Source: Balanoglossus misakiensis (taxonomy: Eukaryota; Animalia; Hemichordata). From it: 64,000 nucleotides of DNA. The stretch lies in the NCBI GenBank assembly GCA_040954595.2, contig CM082592.2:5942308-6006307 (forward strand), in the 5' to 3' direction. Made by a program: the position numbers and the translations under genes. Position 1 is the stretch's first letter, and the number at the start of each line of letters is the position of its first letter. Positions 52,201 to 64,000 of this stretch are shown in pieces. The notes beneath the pieces were generated by a model. It was not told where the DNA came from and did not search any database. It saw only the letters and a list, made by a program, of their open reading frames with translations.

Positions 52201-52944
52201 GATTTTTGGCGGGAACAGTAGCATGATCGACATTTCAGAAAAATTGTATCTTCTGAATATTAGGCAGCTTCAACTTGGCATTGCAGGATGTCTAAATGGA
52301 TCACATGCCAGTGAAAGTCCAATATTTTGTCCAGTATCTGCAGAGGAAGAATCAGCATCCAGATTTTTTGTGTTCTAGGTCCGAGGATCAAGGCCCTGAA
52401 TACATCAAAGAACTAGAGGATCATGGGGGTTTTGCCAGCAACAAAAGGAGGGGAACAGCGCACGTATTCAGTTGTAGTGCCTTGGAAAACTTCCTGGAAG
52501 AGAATAATCTGTCGCATGTCATACGTGCTCACGAAGTACAACAAGTAGGATTTCAGGTAAATGCTGGTGCTGCATTATTTAATGTTTTTGCAACATACTA
52601 CCATTCAGGGGATGAATTGCAATGGTGAGATCACAAAACTACTTGATTTTTTGTGTAAAATTTGAGAAATTCACTCATACATATATTCCTTTACTGTGGA
52701 TATAACATTGAGTTCACCACAAGGAAACATTGAGTGGGGACATCATAGAAGGGCACTGACTTGCATTGGGAGCCTCAGTACCATTGGCGCTATTTTTTCT
52801 TTCATGGTTGTCTTGTAGGTACAGCAACGGGGCAAGTTACTGACTGTGTTCTCATCGTCCCATTACTGTGGGGGTGGCAATGATGCTGCGTGTATCCTTG
52901 CTGATCGGTGTAAACTGAGGACTATCAGACTAGACACGACTTGA
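46201..52944 (+). CDS. Multidomain protein: degenerate Nudix-like domain + EF-hands + PPP-family Ser/Thr phosphatase, 17 exons, ~836 aa
   Basis: Exons 46201-46398, 47250-47532, 47783-47911, 48064-48190, 48527-48700, 48948-49031, 49246-49371, 49557-49687, 49914-50054, 50393-50502, 50834-51047, 51157-51287, 51406-51512, 51735-51837, 51954-52102, 52379-52556 and 52819-52944 total 2511 nt in frame. PPP motifs: GDIHG, GDYVDRG, RGNHE, HGG, WNDP, RAHE. EF loops: [12 protein letters not shown] and [12 protein letters not shown]. Nudix-like segment: YLLV...GWWLP....G...F..AA. Confidence 0.88.
49052..49096. repeat. Short intronic palindrome
   Basis: GGCGCCCTCTGGAGACCAGAGT-C-ACTCTGATCTCCAGAGGGTGTC, about 20 nt downstream of a splice donor. 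Confidence 0.75.
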
Positions 52945-54100
52945 CACTCGAGTGTCAGAAAAACAAAACAACCCGAGGGAGGTATCTATCAAAATTGATT
53001 ACTGAATTTCAGATATTTGGCGACTTTCTTTGAAGTGAAGAGCAGATGAGCAAATATCAAAGGATTTTTTTTACTTGCATTTTACGTGGAAACGATATTC
53101 AGCTGCCTTCAAAGAGACATTCACAAATTCTACAGTTTTTGGAATATGTGTAATTTCAGAGATGCACTCCGTAAATGTTGTTGTATGGTGCTTTCTGTAT
53201 ATAAATTATACAATTGAAATATGTCATTCGCTGCTGAACTTTGACATATTGTGAGGTCAAAGGGCAAATCAGCCACTTGTCCTATGCACTGCCATCTTTG
53301 CATATGCAAATTTGTTTGTGTGATAAATTTTGAATGAGTACAGTACTTGATTTTGAGTGCATCATGAATTTCATTTTTTTGTACAGCCTGTTGATAGAGA
53401 CTTCACGTATCATGGTAAGGATTTGATCAATCATGTGATGTTTATTTATACGCACAAAAATGATTGCTTTTGCCTGAAATATTCCAGTTTTGCTCATGCA
53501 AATTTGTGCTGATTGTTAATTAGCATAGTCAGATGTAAAGTTTTGCAAATATTTTGAAATATTTGAGAGTGGATGTTGTCTTTATACATAGCCCCCCTAT
53601 ACCCCCACCGGTATTGAATAATTTCCAGTTCTTAAGTATATTCCTGGTGTTTGGGTGACTTGCACACAGTGGCTGGAATTTGCAATGTCACTAAGGCCAT
53701 TTTAGACCTCCTTGTGTGGTTGGCCAAAATTGACGAAACCCTTCATAGTGTAATGCCTTTTGAACATCCGACCCATCACAGTTTGGCTCTGCCATATCGT
53801 TTCCCTGTATGTGGATAAAACATGACAACAGAAATGTGTAAGGGAGAGCAGGAAGTGTGTATAGTTCCAAATTGTCTCGCAGAGTGATGCAATTATACTG
53901 ATTATGTACAAATTGCAACAACGCACAGCATTGATTTTTCATCAACAGAAACTGAAATTCAGCTGGCAACAACTTCACATGCAAACTCTATAGCGTACAA
54001 CTTTGGAAAAAAAAACTAAAGACATGTCTTTGCCAACTTTCTAATTTCTATAACATGGTATCTTTATTGCTAAAAGATGATGTGTGCATATTGTAACCAC

Positions 54101-54215
54101 TACGGTGGACGATACCCACACTCCTCTGCTAAGTCGACAGTAGAGCAGATTATGTTAGCAGAGCAGATTAACTCAGCAGAGCAGGCCGACAGCAAAGCAG
54201 GTATCGTCCACCGTA
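54101..54215. mobile_element. 115-bp MITE with 16-bp TIRs and 6-bp target-site duplication (IS3EU-like termini)
   Basis: AACCAC|TACGGTGGACGATACC...GGTATCGTCCACCGTA|AACCAC, with internal AGCAGAGCAG repeats. Superfamily inferred from the TAYGG ends and 6-bp duplication. Confidence 0.8.
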
Positions 54216-54727
54216 AACCACAGTATATTATCAAGCTGTGTTGAAAGATTTACAAAATTAGACAAAAAACATAGTTGTTTTTATTCTGTATACACTTTGT
54301 ATTGCCGTCATTTTGATAACATTTCACCATGGGCAGCATGTGTTGTTTGCGTGGTAGTGAAGTGTCTGTGCGCAAGCTCTCGTGTTTTGAATTTTGTGAT
54401 TTTTTTCCCGCGAACAGATTGTAAAGTCAGTCACCATGACAACATCTGTAGATGTTGTTAAGGCAACGCGTAAAGTTTCAGGATCATGCCCATTGTAAAC
54501 TGATTTTTTCTCTCTCGGAAAGTTATATTTTTGCAGGTGTCTCATTATATGTACATTGTAAAAATCTGAGTAAAGTTCATATTTATGATAATTTTCATTG
54601 TATTCCTTGCCTTTGCATGTTAACAGATTTTGTGTAGTTTCAATATTGCCCATATTTTGGGGGCGAAGGAGACTTGCAATGAGAAACAAACGAAAACCAA
54701 GCTCGCCCCAATGAACAAAAAATATCA

Positions 54728-57408
54728 CTAGGCGTTCGATATCAATTCGGACGGATAAGAGTAACCAAATAATTTAAAATCCCACTCGTAAATGTTATAA
54801 AGTTGTATGAGTATAGCCAGTGGAATCGATTTGTAATATTTTTTGTAAGTTGAAAAGTCTGAACTGTTTGTGAAGTGTGTTCCCACGGTTGGAAACTTGA
54901 TCCTTTCGTCCTGACCGATGAGGTACAAGACATATTCCGCATCTTCGGCCATGGTTTCGAATTTTCCGATGAAATCGTAGGGGACGCTGCACGGACCGCA
55001 CAGGTGGTACATTGGTGTCCAGTGCGCGTCTGCCCAGGCACCCCTGCGCGTGTCGCTCACCAAGTACTCGACGAACTCGCGAAACGTTGGCGGGCCTTCG
55101 CCGAGCGTTCCGTCGGGCCCTTTTTCTCGGAACATCCTGACGGCGTTGTCGTATCTCTCGAAGTATCCATCGCCGGCCTGCCGGTTTTCAAACTTGTCCC
55201 GGTAGGCGGACAGTATTCTTTGGAAGGGGTGTCGCACAAACAGGAATCTGAACTGCAGGCTTCTTTCCAAGATGGCGTCGAACACCAGACTTCCATGGAA
55301 ACTACCGAGGTTGCTGTACTGGTTCTTGAAGTGTACGAAGTCGTGACTTAAGCCGTCGGTGGAGTTGACTTTTCCGTCTAGGACCAGAAGCACCTTCTTC
55401 CAGCTTGTACAGCCAATTTTAGGTATCATGCAGTACATTAGCAAGTTCTTGTAATTTACCAAGAGAAGGTATTTATGTATTCTATCGTTATATTGATTTG
55501 ACATCCTCATCTTCTCGCACATTTTCTTCAAACGCACGAGTCTGTACTGCGCTTCGACTTCTTTTGGTTTATATTTCCCTGTTACATTTCTTTTCTTCTG
55601 CAAATTTAAGAATTATAAAAGGAACATGTTAAGGATGTAAAATTGAAAGTATTGTCATTTCTTTTTATTGTGGATATTTGCTTTCTCCTTTTTTAGTCTA
55701 TGGGCAAAACATTTATCGAAGTTTATCTCAAAATAGAGCACGGTGACCATACGATTTTATTTGAACACTGGATGAAATTCTATTTTACTGAGCTATGTGT
55801 AATTTTACGTGAAAATGACAAAAGTGAGTTTTCCAGCAATTCTCAATATACATGTATCTATGGGAAGAGACATGCGCACATGTCAAGTTCGCGCGGTTTA
55901 CCTGTTTAGTTCTGCGCGTATATTTAAGTCACTCAGAATTCCTTACAATTTTAGATTATTTTGCATACTCTCAGGACTATCTACATTTCATCTTTAAGAA
56001 AACAGATCACATTTCATCTTTTAAAAGATAAAATAGCCGGTCAGGTGATAAATGCTCTTACCCAAGCTCTCACTTCGGGAAATATTTTGCCTGTGTCCAA
56101 AGCAGTATTCATAAACAGCTTATCATTCCTAGAAAGTTTAGTCATAAGTTCACCGCCGCGACGGTATGATGGCCGTATCGCTTTGCTAGTGTTTTGCCTA
56201 TACCGAGGCATTGGGATACGTTGGTTTTGTAGTTGAACTATTGGTCCGCCAGATCGCTTGGCGGTGATTTTGTCCTGTCCAAATTGTACATTTTGCTGCG
56301 ATGGGTTGAATTTCCCGTATGAGTAGCGCATTGACTTCGCATCCCAATGCTTCTTTTCATCTTTGCTGAGAATGTGTGGTTTCTGAAGGCGAGTTTCAAA
56401 TGGTAGAGTTTTATTGTGAAATTTGTGGCGTTCATCTTGAACGCGAGACTGCTCAGGATCATTAAGGCTTTCGGGAAATGGTTTTAGATGTTCATTCAAC
56501 CCTGGCCGTGTTTCGCCTTTCCTGGCTCCCAGTCCCGCAATGGAAAATGTTCCGAGGCGTCGATTTCTGTCTATTCCAACTGCACTCGTGTGGTTTCGAC
56601 TCTTGAACTGTAAAGTTTGGTTATTTAGAGACCTTGTCCCGTGCAAACCAAATATTGTTCTTGATTTTTCCTCAGTGATATTTTTGGAGGCATGATGAAC
56701 TTCATTTTGAACTTGCTTCAAATATTGGTCACTTTCCTCGTCGCGTTCACTTCCTTGCTGGCCTTGGCGAGGTTGCACCTGTTTAAAACTCGTCCAACGA
56801 ACATTCCTTCTTGGACCGCGAGGCACTGGAAAGTGTTGAATGATAACCACCTGTTGCTGCTCCCGTGATAACACGCTCAACTCGCTGGCATCGTCACCAT
56901 CGACACTGTCCACGTACACCGCCTTGCTACCAGCGTCGCTTTCCGCGAAGTACCCATCGTTCCTTCCAAATCGTCGCTCGCCTTGCCGATGCCGTCCATG
57001 ATCAAAGTAATGAATGCTTGAAGAAGGGTCTTGTGGTCGTTTGCCTTGCCGTCTGCGGTACCCGACTTCATTTACCGTCTCTGTGTAAATGGAAACTGAA
57101 AGAGGCAGCGATACGTAAATTCTACACCAAATTTCGTCGCTCATTGATTTTTTGATACTTTTCTTCAGTAAATTCTGCGTGAAGATTTCCAGTAAACTCT
57201 CAGGTTGAACTTGTTCGCTCTTTAATGGCCCTAGGCAACTGCAACATAGGTTGTGTACGTTCACGAAAGAAGCCGAAAATTTGAGAAACCGTTCCTTACC
57301 TGTTCCGGGAGACCTGCATATGGTGTACACGAGTTGTATGGACCAAGTCACCACAACGACCACTCCCACGACAAAGAAATATACCTCCAGTAATTTCCGG
57401 ACTCTCAT
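54728..57408 (-). CDS. Carbohydrate sulfotransferase (Sulfotransfer_2; CHST8-14/HNK-1ST-like), paralog 1, ~661 aa
   Basis: Exons 57408-57300 (type II anchor), 57080-56074 (or -56062; long stem) and 55597-54728 (catalytic). 5'-PSB YCMIPKIGCTSWK, 3'-PB FVRHPFQRILSAYRDKF, HW.P...LC.PC...YDFIGKFET, Y..DF.LFGY. Confidence 0.9.
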
Positions 57409-58237
57409 ACTGTGTATCTGGCGATTAATGGAATAGACGTAGCTTGGTCCTTGGAAATAGAAGAGTTTTGTAGCTTTGGACATTTTTCGGTTGTGTACTA
57501 GGATGTTACTTGTACCAATGGGCTTTATTAGACAAAAAAATGTGCAGAAAATGGCAGTTTCACTTGGACAGGTTTAGGTAGAGCCCAATAGGGTGTGCGC
57601 CAGTATGCTTGTGAAGTGTGTTTGGAGCGGAAAAAGTACTTCTCTTACCTGTTACGCATTCCTTCTTCTGAGCGTACCACTAGTTGTCTTTTCTTTCTTT
57701 ATGACGGAGCAATTGCCTCTTCGAGATTTGAAATCTTTATATTCGTTTAGACTATACTATCTATAGGATATAATTACGCGGATGTTACAGGAGTGACGAC
57801 CGAATCCGAGTCGAACATATGAATTCAAATGAAGTAATTGTAATCTGGATCGCGTATGGCATTAAATGAAACTCGCTGTCACGGTATTTGGACGATTCAC
57901 TTAACGTAAGAGGGTTGCCAACAATAGAAAAAAAATGCAATATGAAAACATTCCATATGAGAATATCTTACCGAATTTGTGAAACCGGGTATCAGGGTAG
58001 CACCCCCTGTCCGACCACCCGGACATTGTTAGCGCGCTGTTCTGACCTTTATTTTATATAATTGAATGCTTTACTTATGTCTTTATTCAAACAAACACTA
58101 ACAAAAACAATCTTGCTGATCTTGTTTTGTATTGATTCCGTAAACTCAGTACAAATGAACCACTTTATTTTCTAATGTTATACATGTATAAATATTTCAT
58201 GAAAGGACGTGTACAACGAAAATTATAAAAAACACTG

Positions 58238-60344
58238 CTACGTTGTTTGAACTATAAATTCTGACGGATAAGGGTAGTCGAATAATTTAAAATCCCATTC
58301 ATAAACCTCATATAAATGTTTGAGTAACTCCTGTGGGAGAGTTTTATAATATCTATAATAGCTTGAAGACTCGGAACTGTTTGTAACATGTGTTCCAACT
58401 GATGGGAATTTTATGTTCTCGTCCTGGTAGATATTGTATAACGCGTATTCTGCATCTGCGATCATAGTTTCGAATTTTCCGATGAAATCGTAACGAATGT
58501 TGCACGGCCCGCACAGATGGGTGACTGGTTTCCAGTGTTCGTCGGAGAGGGAGCCCATCAGCCTGTAGTCCACCAGATACTGGGCGAACTCGCGAAATGT
58601 CGGCCGCCCCTCGTCGACGGCTCGCCTGGACGGGTTTTTCCGGAAATTGCCGACGATGGTCTGGCCGTACCCTCGAAAGAGTTCGTCGCCCTTGCGCCGG
58701 TCCTCGAACTTGTCCCGGTACGCGGACAGCAGTCTCTCGAAGGGATGTCGGACGAACACCAAATTGAAGTACCGAGCCACGATAGAGGCGAGCTCCTCCC
58801 CGTAGTGGCTGTTCAGCGTCTCGTAGCCGTTGTCGAAATGCACAAAACTGTGGTTCAAACCGTCGGTGGAGTCGGCTTTACCGTCCAGCACCAGAAACAC
58901 TTTCTTCCAGCTAGTGCACCCAGCCTTGGGGACCATGCAGTACATCAGACGATGTTTGTTGTTTACCAAAAGCAAATTTCTGTTCACCGTGTAGATACTG
59001 ACGGGACTTTCGTTCGACTTCTCCATCTCTTCGCACATTTTCTTCAAGCGGGCCTTTCTATACTCGGATTCTTTCTCCTTCAGTGCATATTTCTGTGACG
59101 CTATTCTTGTCTTCTGCGGTATCAAAGTAAGAAGAAAAAATGGCACTGTTATTGTGCGCCTGTATCACTTTGTGGATGTTGTACTAAGGATGTTGCTCAA
59201 AATCAATGTGATATACGAATATTACATATTATACTATTAAACAGAACATTTGAAAATCGATCTGATTAAAATCAGATGTAGGGAAAGGCGACGTGGTTTT
59301 TTATGCTGTCGCCTACACTACCACGTCGCCGTTCCCTACATCTGATTTTAATCAGATTGATTTGAGAATATGCACAAAATCTTTCACTTACTCTGTGTTC
59401 TTGTCTTGGAGGAGAGTCGGGTTTCTCTGTCTTGGCAAACTTATCAACACCGCCAACCTTACCATTATCATCAGACCGCCTGGCAACGTTCAAGTTGATG
59501 TACCGTTCAGGTTGACGTGGGTTAAGACGCGGAGGGGATGGGCCAACTGAACGGCCGCCAGGGACATGCCCCTTGGCCACATTTCCCCGCTCAAAATTCT
59601 CCCTGTCGCTGTATTTCTCGCGTGGGCCTTCAAAATGTGTGTTGCTTTGATCTTTTTCCTGGTGAACCGGTTTCTGTAGGAAATTCTGCAGCAGGTTTAT
59701 ACTGCTGAGTATTTGCCCCCGGTTTGCTGATAACTGGCGTTGTTCCCATGGCGATCTCGTCTCCCTGACGTCACCTCTCCGGAACGCCTGTTGGCCGTGT
59801 CCCCTGCTATAATCATACTCTCTGTTTGGAAACTGGACCCTGGGCTGCTTGTTTTGACGTTGGTAGTAGCCAAGTTCACCTGTGTCACTGTAATCTGACC
59901 CTGAAAGTATTTGTATGTATGGATGTAAGTGAAAACGTTTATAGGCGTTGAATGCCACTGATCGAGGAGGGTTACATAAACCCGAAAGGGTAACTATAAA
60001 TTTTGTCGCTTGTCAACCGCAAATGGAAGGTATATATGCTTGGTGCGGCCATTATTGAGAGGTTCTGAGATCACCCTTGCTCTACAAAGGAATTTGCGCG
60101 TTTTGGTCGGTGAGTTCTCTCATTTGCGCGGTTGACCGCGGCCGCAGAAAGACACAATGGGCAGCTATGCATATGACGACTTAAACATTAAAACGGGTCT
60201 GGTTATATTTCCGTCACATTCCCTACCGCGATTATGTTGATTGGAACTCTTCCAGGTGGTGTAGACAAGTTGTACGGACCAACATACCACTAGTGCGGCT
60301 ACGGTCACCAGCAAATACAACTTCAGTTTTTGTCGTCGCATCAT
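58238..60344 (-). CDS. Carbohydrate sulfotransferase (Sulfotransfer_2), paralog 2, ~500 aa
   Basis: Exons 60344-60227, 59900-59392 and 59113-58238 total 1503 nt in frame. Motifs YCMVPKAGCTSWK and FVRHPFERLLSAYRDKF. Same exon phases and the same WS.QLVYT anchor motif as paralog 1. Confidence 0.9.
59254..59363. repeat. Intronic inverted repeat (~44-bp arms), probable MITE remnant
   Basis: AAATCGATCTGATTAAAATCAGATGTAGGGAAAGGCGACGTGGT ... ACCACGTCGCCGTTCCCTACATCTGATTTTAATCAGATTGATTT, 2 mismatches. Confidence 0.88.
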
Positions 60345-61385
60345 CAGGATGTTTATCTGCAAAGTGAAAGAAAGGGGTCGTGTTAGGAAACAGAAATCCG
60401 GGAAAGTTTCTGGATTGATACGCCGTATACGTGTCATATCTTGAAGTTCGTTCCCCATAGTCTGTGGTCTAATATCTATCCAGGTCAATCAATTAAAGTA
60501 ACGTTAAGTCCTGTAGTAGCGGATGAAAATATACCTGCATAAAAACTGGCTCAGTGCGTGCAACAATCACCCAAAGCAGGGTAACCACGGGACTCTGTTT
60601 ACAGTTTTCACGACGCCTTCTTTGTAATGATTTCTCTTCTTATAATGCCACCCCAGTGTCCTCGGAGGAGTATATATTTATATAGACTCTCTTCCCCGCA
60701 TTTGTGCGTTGGAATAACTTGGGACGCACCCTGTTAGATATCGTTTGTGTACATTCACCGCTATAAACAACTAACATATTTGTTTTTGTTGCGCTCATAG
60801 TTAAAACCTCTTTTATATATACTTCTCACACGACGTAGTAAGAATAGACAGCTACTGCGGTTACTGATAAGCCGACAAATTGACTATAATTTTCGTCCAG
60901 TGAACGATTTTCTTCATCGTGCCCTTCTCCACAGTCTGTAGTTCTCAAGTCTTCTGGTATTCATGGTTGGCGGGGATAGCGTACGGGGTACCAGGTGGGA
61001 ATCCGGCCACCGGACGGACCTCACACAGACAAGACGCCGCGCCACTGATGCGTGGTCCCGATTGCGTGTCAGCGATGTTTTGCGTTTGATTCAAGAAAAC
61101 GCAAACAGTGAAAGGATCCCTAACGGATGGCACTTACTGACGCATGGCCTTCAGTGACCTCAGCATCGTTCAAGAATTGTCCACAAAGTCACACACAAAA
61201 TTGTCAGACAAAGCGATCTTTTGGCCGTCCTTGCTGAACCAAGAACAACTGCGACGGTTACCAGGCCGTGCTCTTATTGTAAAAAGTTTTCTTTGTTGTG
61301 ACTTGTAAATCACATATCTGTGTTCAGCTATGTGTAGACCTATTCAGTTCACAACATGAGAGTTCGTTCAATTGGTTATTATTAT

Positions 61386-61387
<2 letters not shown>

Positions 61388-61417
<30 letters not shown>

Positions 61418-61590
61418 CATACATACATACATACATACATACATACATACATACATACATACATACATACATACATACATACATACATACATACATACAT
61501 ACATACATACATACATACATACATACATACATACATACATACATACATACATACATACATACATACATACATACATACATACATACATAC
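61388..61590. repeat. (TACA)n microsatellite
   Basis: Direct inspection; perfect tetranucleotide array. Confidence 0.99.
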
Positions 61591-64000
61591 TTAGTAAATA
61601 CTTACAGTGAGACTATTTGAAACTTCTCGTTTACGCTCTCGCCACTTGAAAGCCGCGCTTCAGGCCAATTATCCGCATCTAACTGCCAAGCACTGTCAAA
61701 TAAGCATATTATCTCATGCCAATCTGAGGACATGTCGGGGTATTATAGGTAATGTGATATGCACTTGGGCCAAACCACAGCACGATCCAGAAAGTGGGAG
61801 GGTCTTTAGTGCATGCAGCGTGGACGACCGCCTACTAAATCAGAAAGTGATGCATGTTTCTCTGACACGTGACTGCCACTGTCGTTGTGTGCCCGTAAAA
61901 CATTGTGCAATTTATTGTCTGCTGAGTTGTCCCGTTTACCCTCGGTGTCAAACACACTGGCTGTAAATTGAAGGGCTTGAGAAAATGTTGGCCTATCCAT
62001 CAAACAACAGAGGCAAAGTGTCAGGACTATTTGTAAGAAACTCAGTACAGAGTTCGACTATAGGCGTTTTACAGGAATGATTTGAGGACAGCCGGGTCAA
62101 CACTCGGTTGTTCCAATCAAAATAGTTTTCCACTTTCGTTGGTTTTTCTTACTTTTAACTTCTTGTATTACAATGTAAGGCCTCTCGTGTGACAACTACT
62201 GAGGACAGTTGCAAATTAGCCGTAAGCTATCAAAGTTTGATGCTTTTCAGGTATCATGAGTAGGAGGGACAGATTTATACACAAAATGATGACCCCCCCC
62301 CCCCCCACACACACACACCACACACACCATAGTTCCGCAGTATACTAGTAGCTAGGACTGAACAAATCACACACACGCACACCAGTTTTTAAAACTTTCA
62401 TGACTTTTATTAATTTCCATGGGACATTATTTACAAGGTCTACAAGGCATGTTCTTCAGGTGGGCTAAAGCTAATTTTCTCAACTCACAACTTTCATTTA
62501 AACACTTGAGAGCACGCCAAGGTTTCTTTGTTCAGAAAACACAATGCACCAGACAATTGTACACGAGTTGCAAGAGTGAAAATGTACAGCAGCGCCCTCT
62601 ATAGCGGAAACCGTTTTCCCTGAGGGCGAAATTCATCGATGTCGCATTCTTCTACAGTTCAGCTGTATTTTACAAATATTTTGATTCAAAATCCACATTT
62701 TAGAAGCAGGTAATTACTATAACTACTTTGTCTGCACAGGGAATAAGTGTAACCCCAGCACGCCTGAGCTGGGACCCTAATTTCTGTACGTAAACTTCAC
62801 ATGTGCGCTCCATCATTCTTGTAATGGAGTTGCGTGCATGCGCGCACGTGTCTTTCACAGAAATAATAACATTCGATGTAACTTTTTTTCACGCTAACAG
62901 ATATGGCCATGTGACCGACCCAGTGTGATGGAATCTAGTCACAAAAAACAACCAAGTTTTAAAAATTGGAGTCTGTCTATATGCAGGTGAGCATAGAACT
63001 TGAATGCCTGTGCTGTTTTCCCTGAAGAGCCTGTTCGTTCTCTGAGCATTTCAAACATGTGCTGAGCAAGAATATTTTGTGTACATCATTCGATTACTGG
63101 GGGCTGTACTTAGCAATGGTCTAACTCTACTTTCTATATTTCTGGGTGACTTGTAACAGCATGAATCTGACATACTCATCATGTCCATAAACTCTGTTAT
63201 GTCCCCCAAATAAGCACCATTGCTTGATAACCCATAGAGCTACAACCTATATGTTAAATGTGATAGGCAAAGTGCTTCTTACCCTTCCTTTCAACACGAA
63301 ACTTTGGCCCGGCCCCCTATGTTTTTCATGGTATTGATGGACTGGACTAAAAGGACGTGGGGGTGACAGCTGTCATATTCTGTAAGATCAGTCCATTTGT
63401 ATTTTTTTTAGTAATAAAACATTTCAGAGCTGTGAGCCATCAATGGGGAACTTGACAATGCGAACGTACGTGTCACATAAACAACACAAAAGCTGGCATA
63501 CAGGAATTACTCGAAAACTGAGTCCGAACGCTTTAAACACTGAACCAAAACCAGGAACGCTGCCTATTATTGATTAATTTCCACAGAATGAGCTACATAC
63601 GTCCAGTCCAGGTTTAATTAATACATAACTTTATGTACAGTTTTAAGGTACTTCCTACTTTTAGATTTCTTGTTCATAATCATTTTTACAGTTGAGTTCG
63701 ATTTCTTTCAATAATTATAACCATACAAACACTTTCAACAGATAGTTTTGCATCTCAGACACACATTTCCTCTGTTTACAGGAAGACTCACTCACCACAC
63801 CCCTTGTAAATATATTCACAAAAAATGTTGTGCTTTTAGTTTCAAAAATATTTACACCCACTGCAGGTTCATCAAAACTGCACAAAAAATAATAATCTGA
63901 AGGTAATAATTGCACATTTTTCTGCCAAGTTAGGATTATTTTCTTAAGCCCCAGTAGCTGCCAGTTTTTGAATTATGTTCATGGGTGTACACAATCATTT

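Noticed and set aside
46201-52944. Labelling the phosphatase PPEF/RdgC, calcineurin or plant-type BSL
   Set aside because: No N-terminal IQ motif and the EF-hands precede the catalytic domain; no calcineurin regulatory tail; no Kelch repeats.
60900-64000. Short ORFs and a GC-richer patch at 60950-61280
   Set aside because: No recognisable protein motif or consistent exon chain; left unannotated.

Overview
This is intron-rich animal genomic DNA with an AT-rich background, GT-AG introns and (TACA)n microsatellites. The gene content and repeat types suggest a marine invertebrate deuterostome (inference only). I assembled 13 spliced protein-coding genes by hand from splice sites and reading frames. 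In order: the 3' end of KSR (+); UPB1 (-) head-to-head with ZSWIM7 (+); three tandem paralogs of an unrecognised ~6-TM membrane protein (-); cytospin SPECC1/SPECC1L (-); two tandem membrane-anchored SRPBCC-fold genes (+); ZNHIT3 (-) head-to-head with a 17-exon gene fusing a degenerate Nudix domain, EF-hands and a PPP Ser/Thr phosphatase (+); and two tandem Sulfotransfer_2 (CHST-like) genes (-). Several small non-autonomous DNA transposons and hairpins are also present. Best candidates for undescribed biology: (1) the pseudo-Nudix/EF-hand/PPP phosphatase; (2) the orphan 6-TM triplet, which sits where vertebrates have ADORA2A/B and includes one copy that lost only its PDZ-motif tail; (3) the apparently luminal, N-glycosylated SRPBCC pair. 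All coordinates were counted by hand and no database searches were run.
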